NCBI GenBank assembly: GCA_946614255.1
Contig: CAMOGS010000048.1
Location: 18 to 64,017 of the forward strand
From: an uncultured Bacillota bacterium
GTDB lineage: Bacteria > Bacillota > Clostridia > Peptostreptococcales > Anaerovoracaceae
Direction: 5' to 3'
Length of the DNA: 64,000 nt
Below the pieces are notes generated by a model. It saw only the letters and a list, made by a program, of their open reading frames with translations, did no database searches and was not told the origin of the DNA. Every line of letters starts with the position of its first letter. Positions within the stretch are counted from its first letter, which is position 1. Below are positions 38,246-47,206 of the stretch, one piece after another. The position numbers and the translations under genes are program-made.

Positions 38246-39412
38246 CTAATACTCCCTAATCAGATTTTGTGTTTTTTCACGGACCGCCCTGTCGGTCTCC
38301 AGAATGTCTTCGAGGCTCTGATTGTAGCTGACCTCGTGCTCCTCCAGAATGCGGCCTATGCCCTCGGAAATGGCCGTAAAGCCGATACGCCCCTCGAGAA
38401 ATGCCTGCACCAGTTCTTCGTTTGCGGCATTCAGCGCAACAGGTGCGCTTCCGCCTACCTTAAGCACATCAAAGGCGTACTGCAGCGGCCTGAAGGTCTC
38501 TGTGTCAGGCTTTTCGAATGTCAGCCCGCCCTCGAGCGAAAAGAAGTCGAGCGAGGCAAGGTCGTTAGGTATGCGGCGCGGATAGCTGAGCGCATAGCTT
38601 ATTGGAATGCGCATGTCGGGATTTCCGAGCTGCGCGATAATGCTGTGGTCCTCGAACTCAACCGCCGAGTGAATGATGCTCTGCGGGTGAATCAGAACCT
38701 TTATTTGGTCGGGGCATACATCGAAAAGCCATTTGGCCTCGATAACCTCGAGCCCCTTGTTCATCAATGTGGCTGAATCTATCGTAATCTTCGGGCCCAT
38801 GCTCCATCGCGGGTGGTGCAGGGCTTGCTCCTTTGTGACGTGTTCGAGTTCGCTGCGCCTGTAGCCTCGAAACGGTCCGCCGGAGCCTGTCAGAAGTATG
38901 GTCTTTATCGGGTTTTCGCTGTTTCCCTGAATGCACTGGAAAATTGCGCTGTGCTCGCTGTCAATCGGAAGCAGCGCCACGCCCTTTTCCTTTACGCTCT
39001 TCATGACCAGCTCGCCGCCGACGACGAGGGTTTCCTTGTTTGCGAAAGCGAGCTCTTTGCCCGCCTGAATTGCCCTGCAGGTCGGGACCAGCCCGCGCAT
39101 TCCCATCAGTGAGTTTATGACGGTGTCTGCGCTTTCCAGCTCCGCTATGTGCGTCAGGCCCTCTGCGCCGTATTCGATTTCCGTGCCTTTGATGCCGCGC
39201 GTGGCGAGAACCTTTGAAAGCGTAACAGCGCCCTCTGCGTCCGCCGTTACAGCCAGCTCGGGACCAAACTCCGCAATCTGGTCCGCCATTTCCATTACTC
39301 TGCGTGCGCAGGATAGTGCGACAACCCGGTACTCGTCCGGGCTGCGTCTTATTATGTCAAGGCTCTGTGTACCGATTGAACCGGTCGAGCCTAATATCGC
39401 AATATTTTTCAT
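38246..39412 (-). CDS. dxr: 1-deoxy-D-xylulose 5-phosphate reductoisomerase
   Basis: MKNIAILGSTGSIGTQ NADPH motif, DSEHSAIFQC, and NKGLEVIEA. There is no SD. A repeat element ends 4 nt upstream of the ATG. Confidence 0.95.
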   Translation of the reverse strand: MKNIAILGSTGSIGTQSLDIIRRSPDEYRVVALSCARRVMEMADQIAEFGPELAVTADAEGAVTLSKVLATRGIKGTEIEYGAEGLTHIAELESADTVINSLMGMRGLVPTCRAIQAGKELAFANKETLVVGGELVMKSVKEKGVALLPIDSEHSAIFQCIQGNSENPIKTILLTGSGGPFRGYRRSELEHVTKEQALHHPRWSMGPKITIDSATLMNKGLEVIEAKWLFDVCPDQIKVLIHPQSIIHSAVEFEDHSIIAQLGNPDMRIPISYALSYPRRIPNDLASLDFFSLEGGLTFEKPDTETFRPLQYAFDVLKVGGSAPVALNAANEELVQAFLEGRIGFTAISEGIGRILEEHEVSYNQSLEDILETDRAVREKTQNLIREY

Positions 39413-39416
39413 AATT

Positions 39417-39470
39417 CTAATCTGGGGACAGGCACCAAATTGGAATTTTTTCTAATTTGGGGACAGGTCC
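39417..39470. repeat. Dispersed modular repeat, locus 4 (units A, C)
   Basis: CTAATCTGGGGACAGGCACCAAATTGGAATTTTTTCTAATTTGGGGACAGGTCC. Confidence 0.9.
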
Positions 39471-39518
39471 GAATATAATCTGAAATATAATCCTTTGAAA
39501 TATAATCCTTTGAAATGA
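39471..39518. repeat. 15-bp tandem repeat (GAAATATAATCCTTT x2 plus two partial copies)
   Basis: Perfect copies at 39482-39496 and 39497-39511, flanked by the partial copies GAATATAATCT and GAAATGA. Confidence 0.85.
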
Positions 39519-39540
39519 GGCCTGCTTGAAGTGTGGGCCT

Positions 39541-40338
39541 TTAAAGTAAAATGAACGTTATATAGTAATATACCAGCGGTGCGGTAAAGAGTATGCTGTC
39601 AAAGCGGTCCATTATGCCGCCGTGGCCCGGAATCAGCTTGCCGTAGTCCTTTATGCCCATCTTGCGCTTGAATATCGATGCGGTGAGGTCGCCAAACTGC
39701 GACAGGACGCCGCCGAGCACGCCGATTGCGATGCAGTGCGGCAGCAGGCTTGGTACCAGCGCCACTGCGAAAATCGCGCAGAGAATCACGCTTCCCAGCG
39801 CCCCGCCGACTGCGCCTTCGATGGTCTTTTTAGGACTGATGGTCGGGCAAAGCTTGTGCTTGCCGATGGCATAGCCTGTGAAGTAGGCAAAAATGTCCGT
39901 GCCGAAGGCTGTGATGAATATCAGCCAGATCAGGATTCTGTACTCGGATATGCCGTCCACGAGGAATACGTGGTACGAAAAGAACACTATGTAAAAGCAC
40001 GAAAGCATTGTAACCATCGCATCTTCGAGCTTTTCATGCTTTGGGCAAAACAACGTCAGCAGTGATAAAATCACCACAAGGAACAGCCAGAATGCGTAGA
40101 GGCTTTGCACCTGCACGCCGCCGAATCTGCCGGCCAAGCCCAGTGCATACAGCACCAGTGTGCAGACTGCCACCAGGCCGTAGTTTGCATGCACATCAAG
40201 CTCCTCATAGCCCTTTACAAACTCATGTGCGCCGATAAGCCCTATTGCCAGGCACGCCAGCGCAAGCGGAATTCCGCCAAAATACACCAAAAGCAGCAGC
40301 GGCAGCATTATGCACGCGCTGATTATTCTCGTCTTCAC
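39541..40338 (-). CDS. cdsA: Phosphatidate cytidylyltransferase
   Basis: 265-aa polytopic membrane protein with the C-terminal signature SQFGDLTASIFKRKMGIKDYGKLIPGHGGIMDRFDS. GTG start overlaps the uppS stop (GTGA). Confidence 0.92.
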   Translation of the reverse strand: MKTRIISACIMLPLLLLVYFGGIPLALACLAIGLIGAHEFVKGYEELDVHANYGLVAVCTLVLYALGLAGRFGGVQVQSLYAFWLFLVVILSLLTLFCPKHEKLEDAMVTMLSCFYIVFFSYHVFLVDGISEYRILIWLIFITAFGTDIFAYFTGYAIGKHKLCPTISPKKTIEGAVGGALGSVILCAIFAVALVPSLLPHCIAIGVLGGVLSQFGDLTASIFKRKMGIKDYGKLIPGHGGIMDRFDSILFTAPLVYYYITFILL

Positions 40339-41063
40339 TTATTTCTACCCCCAAATCTTCTGTCCCTTCCCTGAAATACTTCAATGCACTTCTCAAACTC
40401 CTCCGGAGTAAAGTCGGGCCAGAGTGTATTTGTTATAACGAATTCGCTGTAAGCGCACTGCCACAGCAGATAGTTCGAAAGTCTCAGCTCTCCGCTGGTT
40501 CTGATAATGAGCTCCGGATCGGGCACATTTGCGTGGTGTACACCGGTCCAGAGGTAGTCCGAAATCAGCTGCTCGTCTATATCATCCGGGCTTATCCTGC
40601 CGGCAGCGGCGAGCTTTGCTATATCTGTCACAGCCCTGCGAATGTCATCGCGTCCACCGTAATTGAGCGCGATGTTAAACTGCAGGCCTGTGTTGTTTTC
40701 TGTAGTTTTGAGTGCCTTTTCGAGGCTCTCCACCGATTTTTCGGGGAGCTTGCTGTAATCGCCGAGCACCTTGACCTTTACGTTGTTTTCGTCGAGCTCC
40801 TTAAGCTCCTTTGCTACATATACAACAATCAGGCCGAATATGCCGTTTATTTCCTCCACGCTGCGTTTCCAGTTCTCTGTCGAGAAAGCGTAAACTGTCA
40901 GATGCTCTATGCCAAGCGTGCTCGCACGCTTTACTATCTCTTTCATTGCCTGCATGCCGGCGTTGTGGCCGGACATCTTTGGCAGATTTCTTTTTGTCGC
41001 CCAGCGGCCGTTTCCATCCATTATAACCGCCACATGGCGAGGTATTCTGTCTTTGTCTAACAT
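40335..41063 (-). CDS. uppS: Undecaprenyl diphosphate synthase
   Basis: HVAVIMDGNGRWA and RTSGELRLSNYLLWQ motifs. ATG at 41063. The 44 upstream codons in the track ORF are translated repeat. Confidence 0.92.
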   Translation of the reverse strand: MLDKDRIPRHVAVIMDGNGRWATKRNLPKMSGHNAGMQAMKEIVKRASTLGIEHLTVYAFSTENWKRSVEEINGIFGLIVVYVAKELKELDENNVKVKVLGDYSKLPEKSVESLEKALKTTENNTGLQFNIALNYGGRDDIRRAVTDIAKLAAAGRISPDDIDEQLISDYLWTGVHHANVPDPELIIRTSGELRLSNYLLWQCAYSEFVITNTLWPDFTPEEFEKCIEVFQGRDRRFGGRNK

Positions 41064-41065
41064 TT

Positions 41066-41200
41066 CAACCTGTCCCTTTTTTAGAATTTTGGCGAATCTG
41101 GGGACAGGCACCAAATTGGAAAAAAGGCTAATTTGGTGCCTGTCCCTAAATTGGATTTTTGGCGAATTTGGTGCCTGTCCCCAGATTCGCCCCAAATTAG
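41066..41200. repeat. Dispersed modular repeat, locus 5 (C-like remnant, then A forward, A reverse, A reverse)
   Basis: AACCTGTCCC... GGGGACAGGCACCAAATT (41100-41117) ... AATTTGGTGCCTGTCCCT (41130-41147) ... AATTTGGTGCCTGTCCCC (41165-41182) ... CCAAATTAG. Confidence 0.9.
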
Positions 41201-41252
41201 AACGAGGGTGAGTTTTGCGCCCACCCTCTTATGCTCGTTTACGTTAAAGAAA

Positions 41253-41807
41253 CTAAACTTCCATGATTTCCTTTTCCTTCTGACCGCAGATAGCATCGAT
41301 GTCTTTCATGGCTTTGTCTGTTGTCTTTTGTACATCGTCGAGTGCCTTCTTCAGATCGTCCTCTGTCAGCTCGCCGCCCTTTTCCTGCTTTTTGAGATCG
41401 TCGTTTGCGTCGCGACGGATGTTTCTGACTGCAACCTTTGCGTCTTCACCCATCTTCTTAACGGTCTTTGTAAGTTCCTTACGGCGTTCCTCCGTAACCG
41501 GCGGAATCACGAGTCTCACGCACTTGCCGTCGTTTGTCGGATTGATACCGATATTGGCAATATTAATGGCCTTTTCAATATCTCCGATTGACTTTGCGTC
41601 AAACGGTGAAATCATCAGCGTGCGTGGGTCAGGTGTGCTAACATTGGCAAGGCTCTTCAGTGGTGTCGGTGTGCCATAGTATTCTACCATGACTTTGTCG
41701 AGAAGCGCAGGATTCGCTCTGCCCGCCCTGACGGTGTTAAGTTCTTCTTTCAGAACCTGCTCTGTTTTGGCGATTTTTTCTTCAAGAGTTTTCTTTATGT
41801 CTGCCAT
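41253..41807 (-). CDS. frr: Ribosome recycling factor
   Basis: 184 aa, LKEELNTVRAGRANPALLD...PPVTEERRKEL. Confidence 0.96.
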   Translation of the reverse strand: MADIKKTLEEKIAKTEQVLKEELNTVRAGRANPALLDKVMVEYYGTPTPLKSLANVSTPDPRTLMISPFDAKSIGDIEKAINIANIGINPTNDGKCVRLVIPPVTEERRKELTKTVKKMGEDAKVAVRNIRRDANDDLKKQEKGGELTEDDLKKALDDVQKTTDKAMKDIDAICGQKEKEIMEV

Positions 41808-41823
41808 GTCTTTTCTCCTTATC

Positions 41824-42528
41824 TCATCTGATAATAGTGCCTATCTTTTCGCCGCATACTGCCTTTAGCAAATTGCCATATTCAGCAAGCGCAAATACGT
41901 GAATAGCTATATTGTTATCCCTGCAAAGTGAAGCTGCCGTGCTGTCCATTACCTTCAGGTTCTGTTCGAGCACCTGACTGTGCGTCAGCTCGTCATATCT
42001 GATTGCATCCGGATTTTCTGCCGGGTCGTCCGAGTAAACGGCATCAACTTTTTTTGCAAGGAGGATAACCTCTGCTTCGATTTCGGCTGCTCTCAAGGCC
42101 GCTGCCGTATCTGTCGAGAAGAAAGGATTGCCTGTGCCTGCGCCGAAAATTACAACATTCTTTTCATCGAGCTCCGCTACCGCTCTGCGCTTTATGTAAG
42201 GCTCTGCAATTTCCTTCATCTCTATGGCTGTCTGCACTCTGGTCGGAATGCCGATGGCCTCAAATGCCGACTGAAGCGCAAGTGAATTAATGACCGTTGC
42301 GAGCATTCCCATATAGTCCGCAGTCGGTCTGTCCATGTCCTTGCTCTGTCTGCCTCTCCAGAAATTGCCGCCGCCTACGACTATTGCAATTTCAACGCCC
42401 ATGTCGTAAACTTCCTTTACCTGGGTGGCAACCTCCTTGAGCATTTTTTCGGAAAGCCCGAACTTTGTTTCACCTGCCAAAGATTCGCCGCTGATCTTTA
42501 GTACGATTCTCTTGTATTTGGCTTTCAT
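41824..42528 (-). CDS. pyrH: UMP kinase
   Basis: 234 aa, [35 protein letters not shown]. Confidence 0.96.
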   Translation of the reverse strand: MKAKYKRIVLKISGESLAGETKFGLSEKMLKEVATQVKEVYDMGVEIAIVVGGGNFWRGRQSKDMDRPTADYMGMLATVINSLALQSAFEAIGIPTRVQTAIEMKEIAEPYIKRRAVAELDEKNVVIFGAGTGNPFFSTDTAAALRAAEIEAEVILLAKKVDAVYSDDPAENPDAIRYDELTHSQVLEQNLKVMDSTAASLCRDNNIAIHVFALAEYGNLLKAVCGEKIGTIIR

Positions 42529-42590
42529 ACCGTATGTTCTCCTTAATAATCCTGGCCCTATTTCAATTAAGCCTTAACAAAATAATTATA

Positions 42591-44669
42591 TCAAATTTTG
42601 CTTGCAAGCTCAATCTCAATTTCATTATCGCGAAGGATTTTAGCAATGACATTTTTCTGAAGCTCCAAATCCAGCCCCGCAATCAGCTGAGGCTCCACGA
42701 TTGCGGTGATTTCACCGCCCTCGATAGGTATTCTCCTCTCCGACAGATAGCCGACATGCTCAAAGCCGAGCATCTTGTAAGCATTGTACGCGCTGTAGTT
42801 AAAGGTATCCAGCCCCCTCCTGCCGTCCGGCGTCTCGCAGGCAGTGTTTTTGTAGAGAAGGCTCACAGAAACCTGCACGCCGCGAGAAAGGCACAAATCC
42901 GCCATCGCATAGTTCATTACAGCAAGCGCGCTTGGAAACTCCTCAGGCGCACTGCACACCGACTCAAGGCTCATCGCAATCCCCGCACCGTCAAGGAATC
43001 TCTCCCAGATTCGTGCCGCTCCCGCATACTCCTTTTTGAAGTGGAAGAGCGACATATCGACGAACCGGCCGCGTGAAAGACAAGCCCAGATTGCGCCGAC
43101 CAGCCTTTCGCTTTCTGCCCCATCGGCGCTGCCACCGGCGTAAGCACCAAGCACTATCCATTCATCACTCAGCACCATCTTTGCAAAGTCCTCCGGCGCA
43201 AAGCGTTCATACTTCCCACCAAAGCTGTAGCAGTCATCACAGTCGCTGATGCCAAGCCTTTTTTCGTAATTCTCGCCCGTTATGAGCCGGTCGCAATAAA
43301 GCTTTGACGCTGCGCCCACATCCGTTACCGGCAGCGGTTTTACAGTAAGTGTGCCCGTAGGAGAAACCGCTTTGTAAACATAATCATTTTTCATTTTTTT
43401 GCCCGTTTCCTTAACTGCATTTGCTTCCTTTACTGCCTTTGCTCCGCTGCCTGCATGCAGCTTCTTTTTACCTGCGAGCAGCAATCCTCCCTGAATCATT
43501 GTAAAGAGAGGTATGCAGTAAAGTATCGCCTCGTACGAGAATATGCTTGATACGCCTGTTCCGATCATCGGAGCTGTCATCATTCCGACGGAGTTCAGCG
43601 TTCCCATCAGTCCAAACAGCGTGCCTCTGTGCTGCGCATCCGTGTTTTCCGAAATGAGGCTGGTCAGTATCGGTTCCACCGCACCGCAGACAAAGAAGTA
43701 TATCAGATACATTCCGCAGAATATCGTAAGTGAATATCTCGGTAACAGCAAAAGTGACACAAAGAACGACATTGCGGTGAAGAAGAGTACTACCTTGTAC
43801 TTGTCGTGCTTGTCGCCGAGGCGTGAAAGTGTGACTGCCGCAAGAGCGGTGCCTACGCCGCTTGCTCCGTTTATAAAGCCTGTATAGCGCGCTGCCGCCG
43901 GAACTATGCCGATTCTGCCCTGCACAAAAAGTGCCACGAAAGGCGAGAATACGCTCCTTGTCACCCTTACGAAAAAGAGAACTGCGAAAGCGGCCACAAC
44001 TGCGGTGGTGATGATGCGCGTCTTGCTCTTTTTCTGCTTTGCGCTGCCGGAAACAGCAGCCTCGGCCCTGGCAATGGCTTCTCTGCCATACGTTGCGGGA
44101 TCTTCCTTTACGAGGAGCAGCACCAGCATGCAGCCGGTGAACATAACTCCTGCGCCTATGAAGAAGCAGTTGCTGTATCCCACGTATTCGACAATCATGC
44201 CGCCGAGCGCGGGCCCGATTGCATAGCCGAGGAAGTTCGAGCTGGTGAGAAACCCCAGAGCATAGGACATTTTATGCGAAGGTGTGTTTGCCGAGACAAA
44301 GGTCATTGCAGCGCTGACGGTTCCTGTAAATACGCCGTGGAGCGTCCGCAGCGCCATAAACAGAACTACGGATTTGCAAAGTCCGTAGCCTGTAAGTATG
44401 ACTGTCGCTCCTGCCATGGCACGCATCAGCATCATCTTTCGTCCGTAGAGGTCAGAAAGCTTTCCCCAGATAGGTGAAACTATTGCCATGGTCGCTGCCG
44501 GCAGAGTGCTCGAAAGTCCGACGAGGAAATTGAGCCATGCCTTATCTGTTACGCCGAGCTCCTGAAGGTAGAAAGGAATGAACGGAACGCCCAGCCCAAA
44601 TCCTACCATTGAAAAAATCTGCGTAACCCAGAGTGTATATAGATTTGTCTGCCAGCGCTGAAGTTTCAT
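42591..44669 (-). CDS. MFS transporter fused to a C-terminal GNAT-like domain
   Basis: 692 aa. Residues 1 to about 400 are a 12-TM MFS (WGKLSDLYGRKMML motif). A Lys/Ala linker joins a roughly 270-aa soluble domain ending ...NAYKMLGFEHVGY, which is GNAT-like. Confidence 0.7.
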   Translation of the reverse strand: MKLQRWQTNLYTLWVTQIFSMVGFGLGVPFIPFYLQELGVTDKAWLNFLVGLSSTLPAATMAIVSPIWGKLSDLYGRKMMLMRAMAGATVILTGYGLCKSVVLFMALRTLHGVFTGTVSAAMTFVSANTPSHKMSYALGFLTSSNFLGYAIGPALGGMIVEYVGYSNCFFIGAGVMFTGCMLVLLLVKEDPATYGREAIARAEAAVSGSAKQKKSKTRIITTAVVAAFAVLFFVRVTRSVFSPFVALFVQGRIGIVPAAARYTGFINGASGVGTALAAVTLSRLGDKHDKYKVVLFFTAMSFFVSLLLLPRYSLTIFCGMYLIYFFVCGAVEPILTSLISENTDAQHRGTLFGLMGTLNSVGMMTAPMIGTGVSSIFSYEAILYCIPLFTMIQGGLLLAGKKKLHAGSGAKAVKEANAVKETGKKMKNDYVYKAVSPTGTLTVKPLPVTDVGAASKLYCDRLITGENYEKRLGISDCDDCYSFGGKYERFAPEDFAKMVLSDEWIVLGAYAGGSADGAESERLVGAIWACLSRGRFVDMSLFHFKKEYAGAARIWERFLDGAGIAMSLESVCSAPEEFPSALAVMNYAMADLCLSRGVQVSVSLLYKNTACETPDGRRGLDTFNYSAYNAYKMLGFEHVGYLSERRIPIEGGEITAIVEPQLIAGLDLELQKNVIAKILRDNEIEIELASKI

Positions 44670-44702
44670 GTGTTATATTTTTCTCCGATTGTTTAATTTT
44701 GT

Positions 44703-46073
44703 TTAATTTGCCGCTTCTGTAATTCCTGCCGCCTTTGCGTTTGACAGGGTAACCTCCACGGTCTTTGAAGCATAGCCGTCCATACCGAGTTCATATACGG
44801 TAACTTCAACCTTTTCGCCGTGTTTGTAGTAAGCCAGCATGCTCTGAAGGGACGTCATATCCTCCACAGCATAGCCATCTACCGCCGAAATGATGTTGCC
44901 CTTTACGATGCCTGCCTTTTCAGCGCCGGCACCCTTTGCAACTTCACTGACATACACGCCTTTAGGCATGCCGTAAGCAGCCTGCGCATCGGCAGTTACC
45001 GTCTGCCCCGTTATTCCGAGGTAGCCTCTTTCCTGCGCCGGGACTTCTTCTCTCTGCGAGTGTTCAAGTATGCTTTCTATTATCGGTGCCGCCTCGTCGA
45101 TTGGGATGGCATAGCCGACAGCTTCCGCTTCAACGGCTTCAACCTTTCCCGAATTGATGCCTATCAGCTGGCCGTTCATGTTGAGCAGTGCGCCGCCGGA
45201 GTTGCCCGGGTTGATGGCTGCATCTGTCTGAAGGTACTTGCCCGTAACTGTTGTGCCGTCGGTACCCGAAAGCGTGCGGGTCCTTGGCAGTGTGCTTATA
45301 TAGCCTACGGTGACGGACTGGCCGTATCCGAGGGCGTTGCCGATTGCAACAACCTGCTGGCCGAGCACAATATCCGATGACTCGCCGAGCGTTGCAACCT
45401 TTATGTTTTCAAGAGTGTCTTTCTTTACGTCGCTGATGTTTACAGCGATTACGGCCACATCGCGCGAGGAATCATAGCCCTTTATAACTGCAGGTGCCGG
45501 GACTGCTTCGCCCATGTCTGCCTGAGTTCCGTCATAGTCAAAGACTACAGTCAGCTGATTGCTGCCCGAAACGACGTGGTAATTTGTAACGATATAAATC
45601 TGCTCGTCGCTCTGGCCGATGATTACGCCCGAGCCGCTTGACTCACTTTCCTGCTGGAAGGTTCCGAAAAATGTGCGAAGCTCCGTTACCCCTTTGTTTG
45701 TAATTGCAACTACCGACGGCATCGCGTTTTTAACAACATCCGCAACGCTCGCCTCGCCGCCGCTGCCACCGCCGGAAACCGGTGTGACAGTGCTGATTGC
45801 AAGGTTGTCATCGCCGTAGTGCTGCTTTACGTAGTGGCTTGAAACGGAAAATGCTGCGCCGGATATGCCTCCGAAGAGCAGCGCTGCAACGAGCAGTACT
45901 GCTATTTTACGTGCAAGCGTCCCCTCCCTGAAGGTATGCTTTACCTTTTTGGGCATCTCTGCTGCCATGTCTCCGATTTCGCTTTTTGGCATTTCGCCCG
46001 AGTAGGTTGACTGAAAGCCTCCGTACTGCGGCCCCTGATCGGTACTCTGATAATTTTGGTTTTCGTTATCCAT
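44703..46073 (-). CDS. htrA: Membrane-anchored HtrA/DegP-family serine protease with PDZ domain
   Basis: Catalytic triad context TNYHVV, DVAVIAV, GNSGGALLN. An N-terminal TM segment and a C-terminal PDZ (GIVKGNIISAVDG). Confidence 0.9.
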   Translation of the reverse strand: MDNENQNYQSTDQGPQYGGFQSTYSGEMPKSEIGDMAAEMPKKVKHTFREGTLARKIAVLLVAALLFGGISGAAFSVSSHYVKQHYGDDNLAISTVTPVSGGGSGGEASVADVVKNAMPSVVAITNKGVTELRTFFGTFQQESESSGSGVIIGQSDEQIYIVTNYHVVSGSNQLTVVFDYDGTQADMGEAVPAPAVIKGYDSSRDVAVIAVNISDVKKDTLENIKVATLGESSDIVLGQQVVAIGNALGYGQSVTVGYISTLPRTRTLSGTDGTTVTGKYLQTDAAINPGNSGGALLNMNGQLIGINSGKVEAVEAEAVGYAIPIDEAAPIIESILEHSQREEVPAQERGYLGITGQTVTADAQAAYGMPKGVYVSEVAKGAGAEKAGIVKGNIISAVDGYAVEDMTSLQSMLAYYKHGEKVEVTVYELGMDGYASKTVEVTLSNAKAAGITEAAN

Positions 46074-46276
46074 TTTTAATTCCCCCTTAGTTTAAATTAG
46101 TTTGGATATATTATCCAAAATTTTTCTTTTAATACTCTAATATTAATACCCTAATATTATAATACTAATTCGTTTGTTTTGGTGTAATTAATGTGTCTTT
46201 TATGTGAAAAGTATGCTAAAATATTTTTCGAAATCGGAAACAGCAGCAGTCAGAACCTGAAAATGGGGTAAGCATT

Positions 46277-47053
46277 ATGAAAAATATGGATTATATCCGT
46301 TTCAATATTAAAGAAGCAGCCGATGCTGTCGGTGTCGTTCCCGCTACCATCAGGAACTGGGAGCGGGCAGGTCTGTTTACATCCAAACGCTCCGGAAACA
46401 ACTATCGCTATTTTGATTCGGATGATATAGAGCTTTTGCGGAAAATCGTTTCCTACTCTTCCGAGGGTATGAGCATTTCCTTCATAAAAAAGCTCGTGTC
46501 CGAGAAAAGGCGCGGCGGCGCGGGTGATTACAGCAGCAAGCTTCACAACCTCAGAGTCAGCAGAGGTCTGACGCTGACTGAGGTAAGCAGAGAAATTGGG
46601 ATTTCGCCGTCTTACTTAAGCCGCATGGAGCAGGGGAAATGCAACATCACGCGGGATGCGCTGCAAAAGCTCACTGCATTCTACGGCGAGGAAGCGTCAG
46701 AGCTTGTGGCCACTGCTGCGGCGCTTGTGAAAAAGGGGCAGGGCCGGGTAGTTTCGGCGGAATCGGCGGGATGCGATTATCGCTTGCTTGACGGTGCTGA
46801 AAGTCCCTACTTCAAAGTGGCGGAGGTGTATGTAAAGCCGGGCGGCGGCACGGCTGAAGGCTTGCAGCATCAAAAGTCGGGCAACGATGTGGTCTTTGTG
46901 GTGAAGGGAGAAGTCCTCTTCACGCTTAATGACCTCTCCGAGTATCGCGTAAAAAAGGGCGATTCAATTTCGTTCCGGGCCGCAGAGCTGGAACGCTGGG
47001 TTAATCCGGCGAAAACCGAAGCACAGATTATTTGGATTCACAGCAATTTGTAA
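46277..47053 (+). CDS. Three-domain transcriptional regulator: MerR-type HTH + XRE-type HTH + cupin
   Basis: The N-terminal part NIKEAADAVGVVPATIRNWERAGLF...YRYFDSDDIELLRKI matches MerR. The middle part LRVSRGLTLTEVSREIGISPSYLSRMEQGK matches HTH_3. The C-terminal cupin-like barrel reads VVFVVKGEVLFTL...GDSISF. Confidence 0.75.
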   Translation: MKNMDYIRFNIKEAADAVGVVPATIRNWERAGLFTSKRSGNNYRYFDSDDIELLRKIVSYSSEGMSISFIKKLVSEKRRGGAGDYSSKLHNLRVSRGLTLTEVSREIGISPSYLSRMEQGKCNITRDALQKLTAFYGEEASELVATAAALVKKGQGRVVSAESAGCDYRLLDGAESPYFKVAEVYVKPGGGTAEGLQHQKSGNDVVFVVKGEVLFTLNDLSEYRVKKGDSISFRAAELERWVNPAKTEAQIIWIHSNL

Positions 47054-47060
47054 TTTTTTA

Positions 47061-47092
47061 GTCCCTGCAGACGCAGGGGCTTTTGTTTTTTT
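47061..47092 (+). terminator. Terminator of the regulator gene
   Basis: GTCCCTGC-AGAC-GCAGGGGC followed by TTTTGTTTTTTT. Confidence 0.6.
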
Positions 47093-47126
47093 GAGGTGGT
47101 TTTTGGGGGAGTCTAAAAAGAAAATG

Positions 47127-47151
47127 ACGCCGAATATTGCTATCCGGCGTC
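47127..47151 (-). terminator. Terminator of aminotransferase gene
   Basis: GACGCCG-11 nt-CGGCGTC followed by ATTTTCTTTTT on the minus strand. Confidence 0.55.
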
Positions 47152-47206
47152 GGTGTAAGATATCTAAGTTTTATTAACGCTTTCCCAATCGGATTTTAAT
47201 CCGGTA

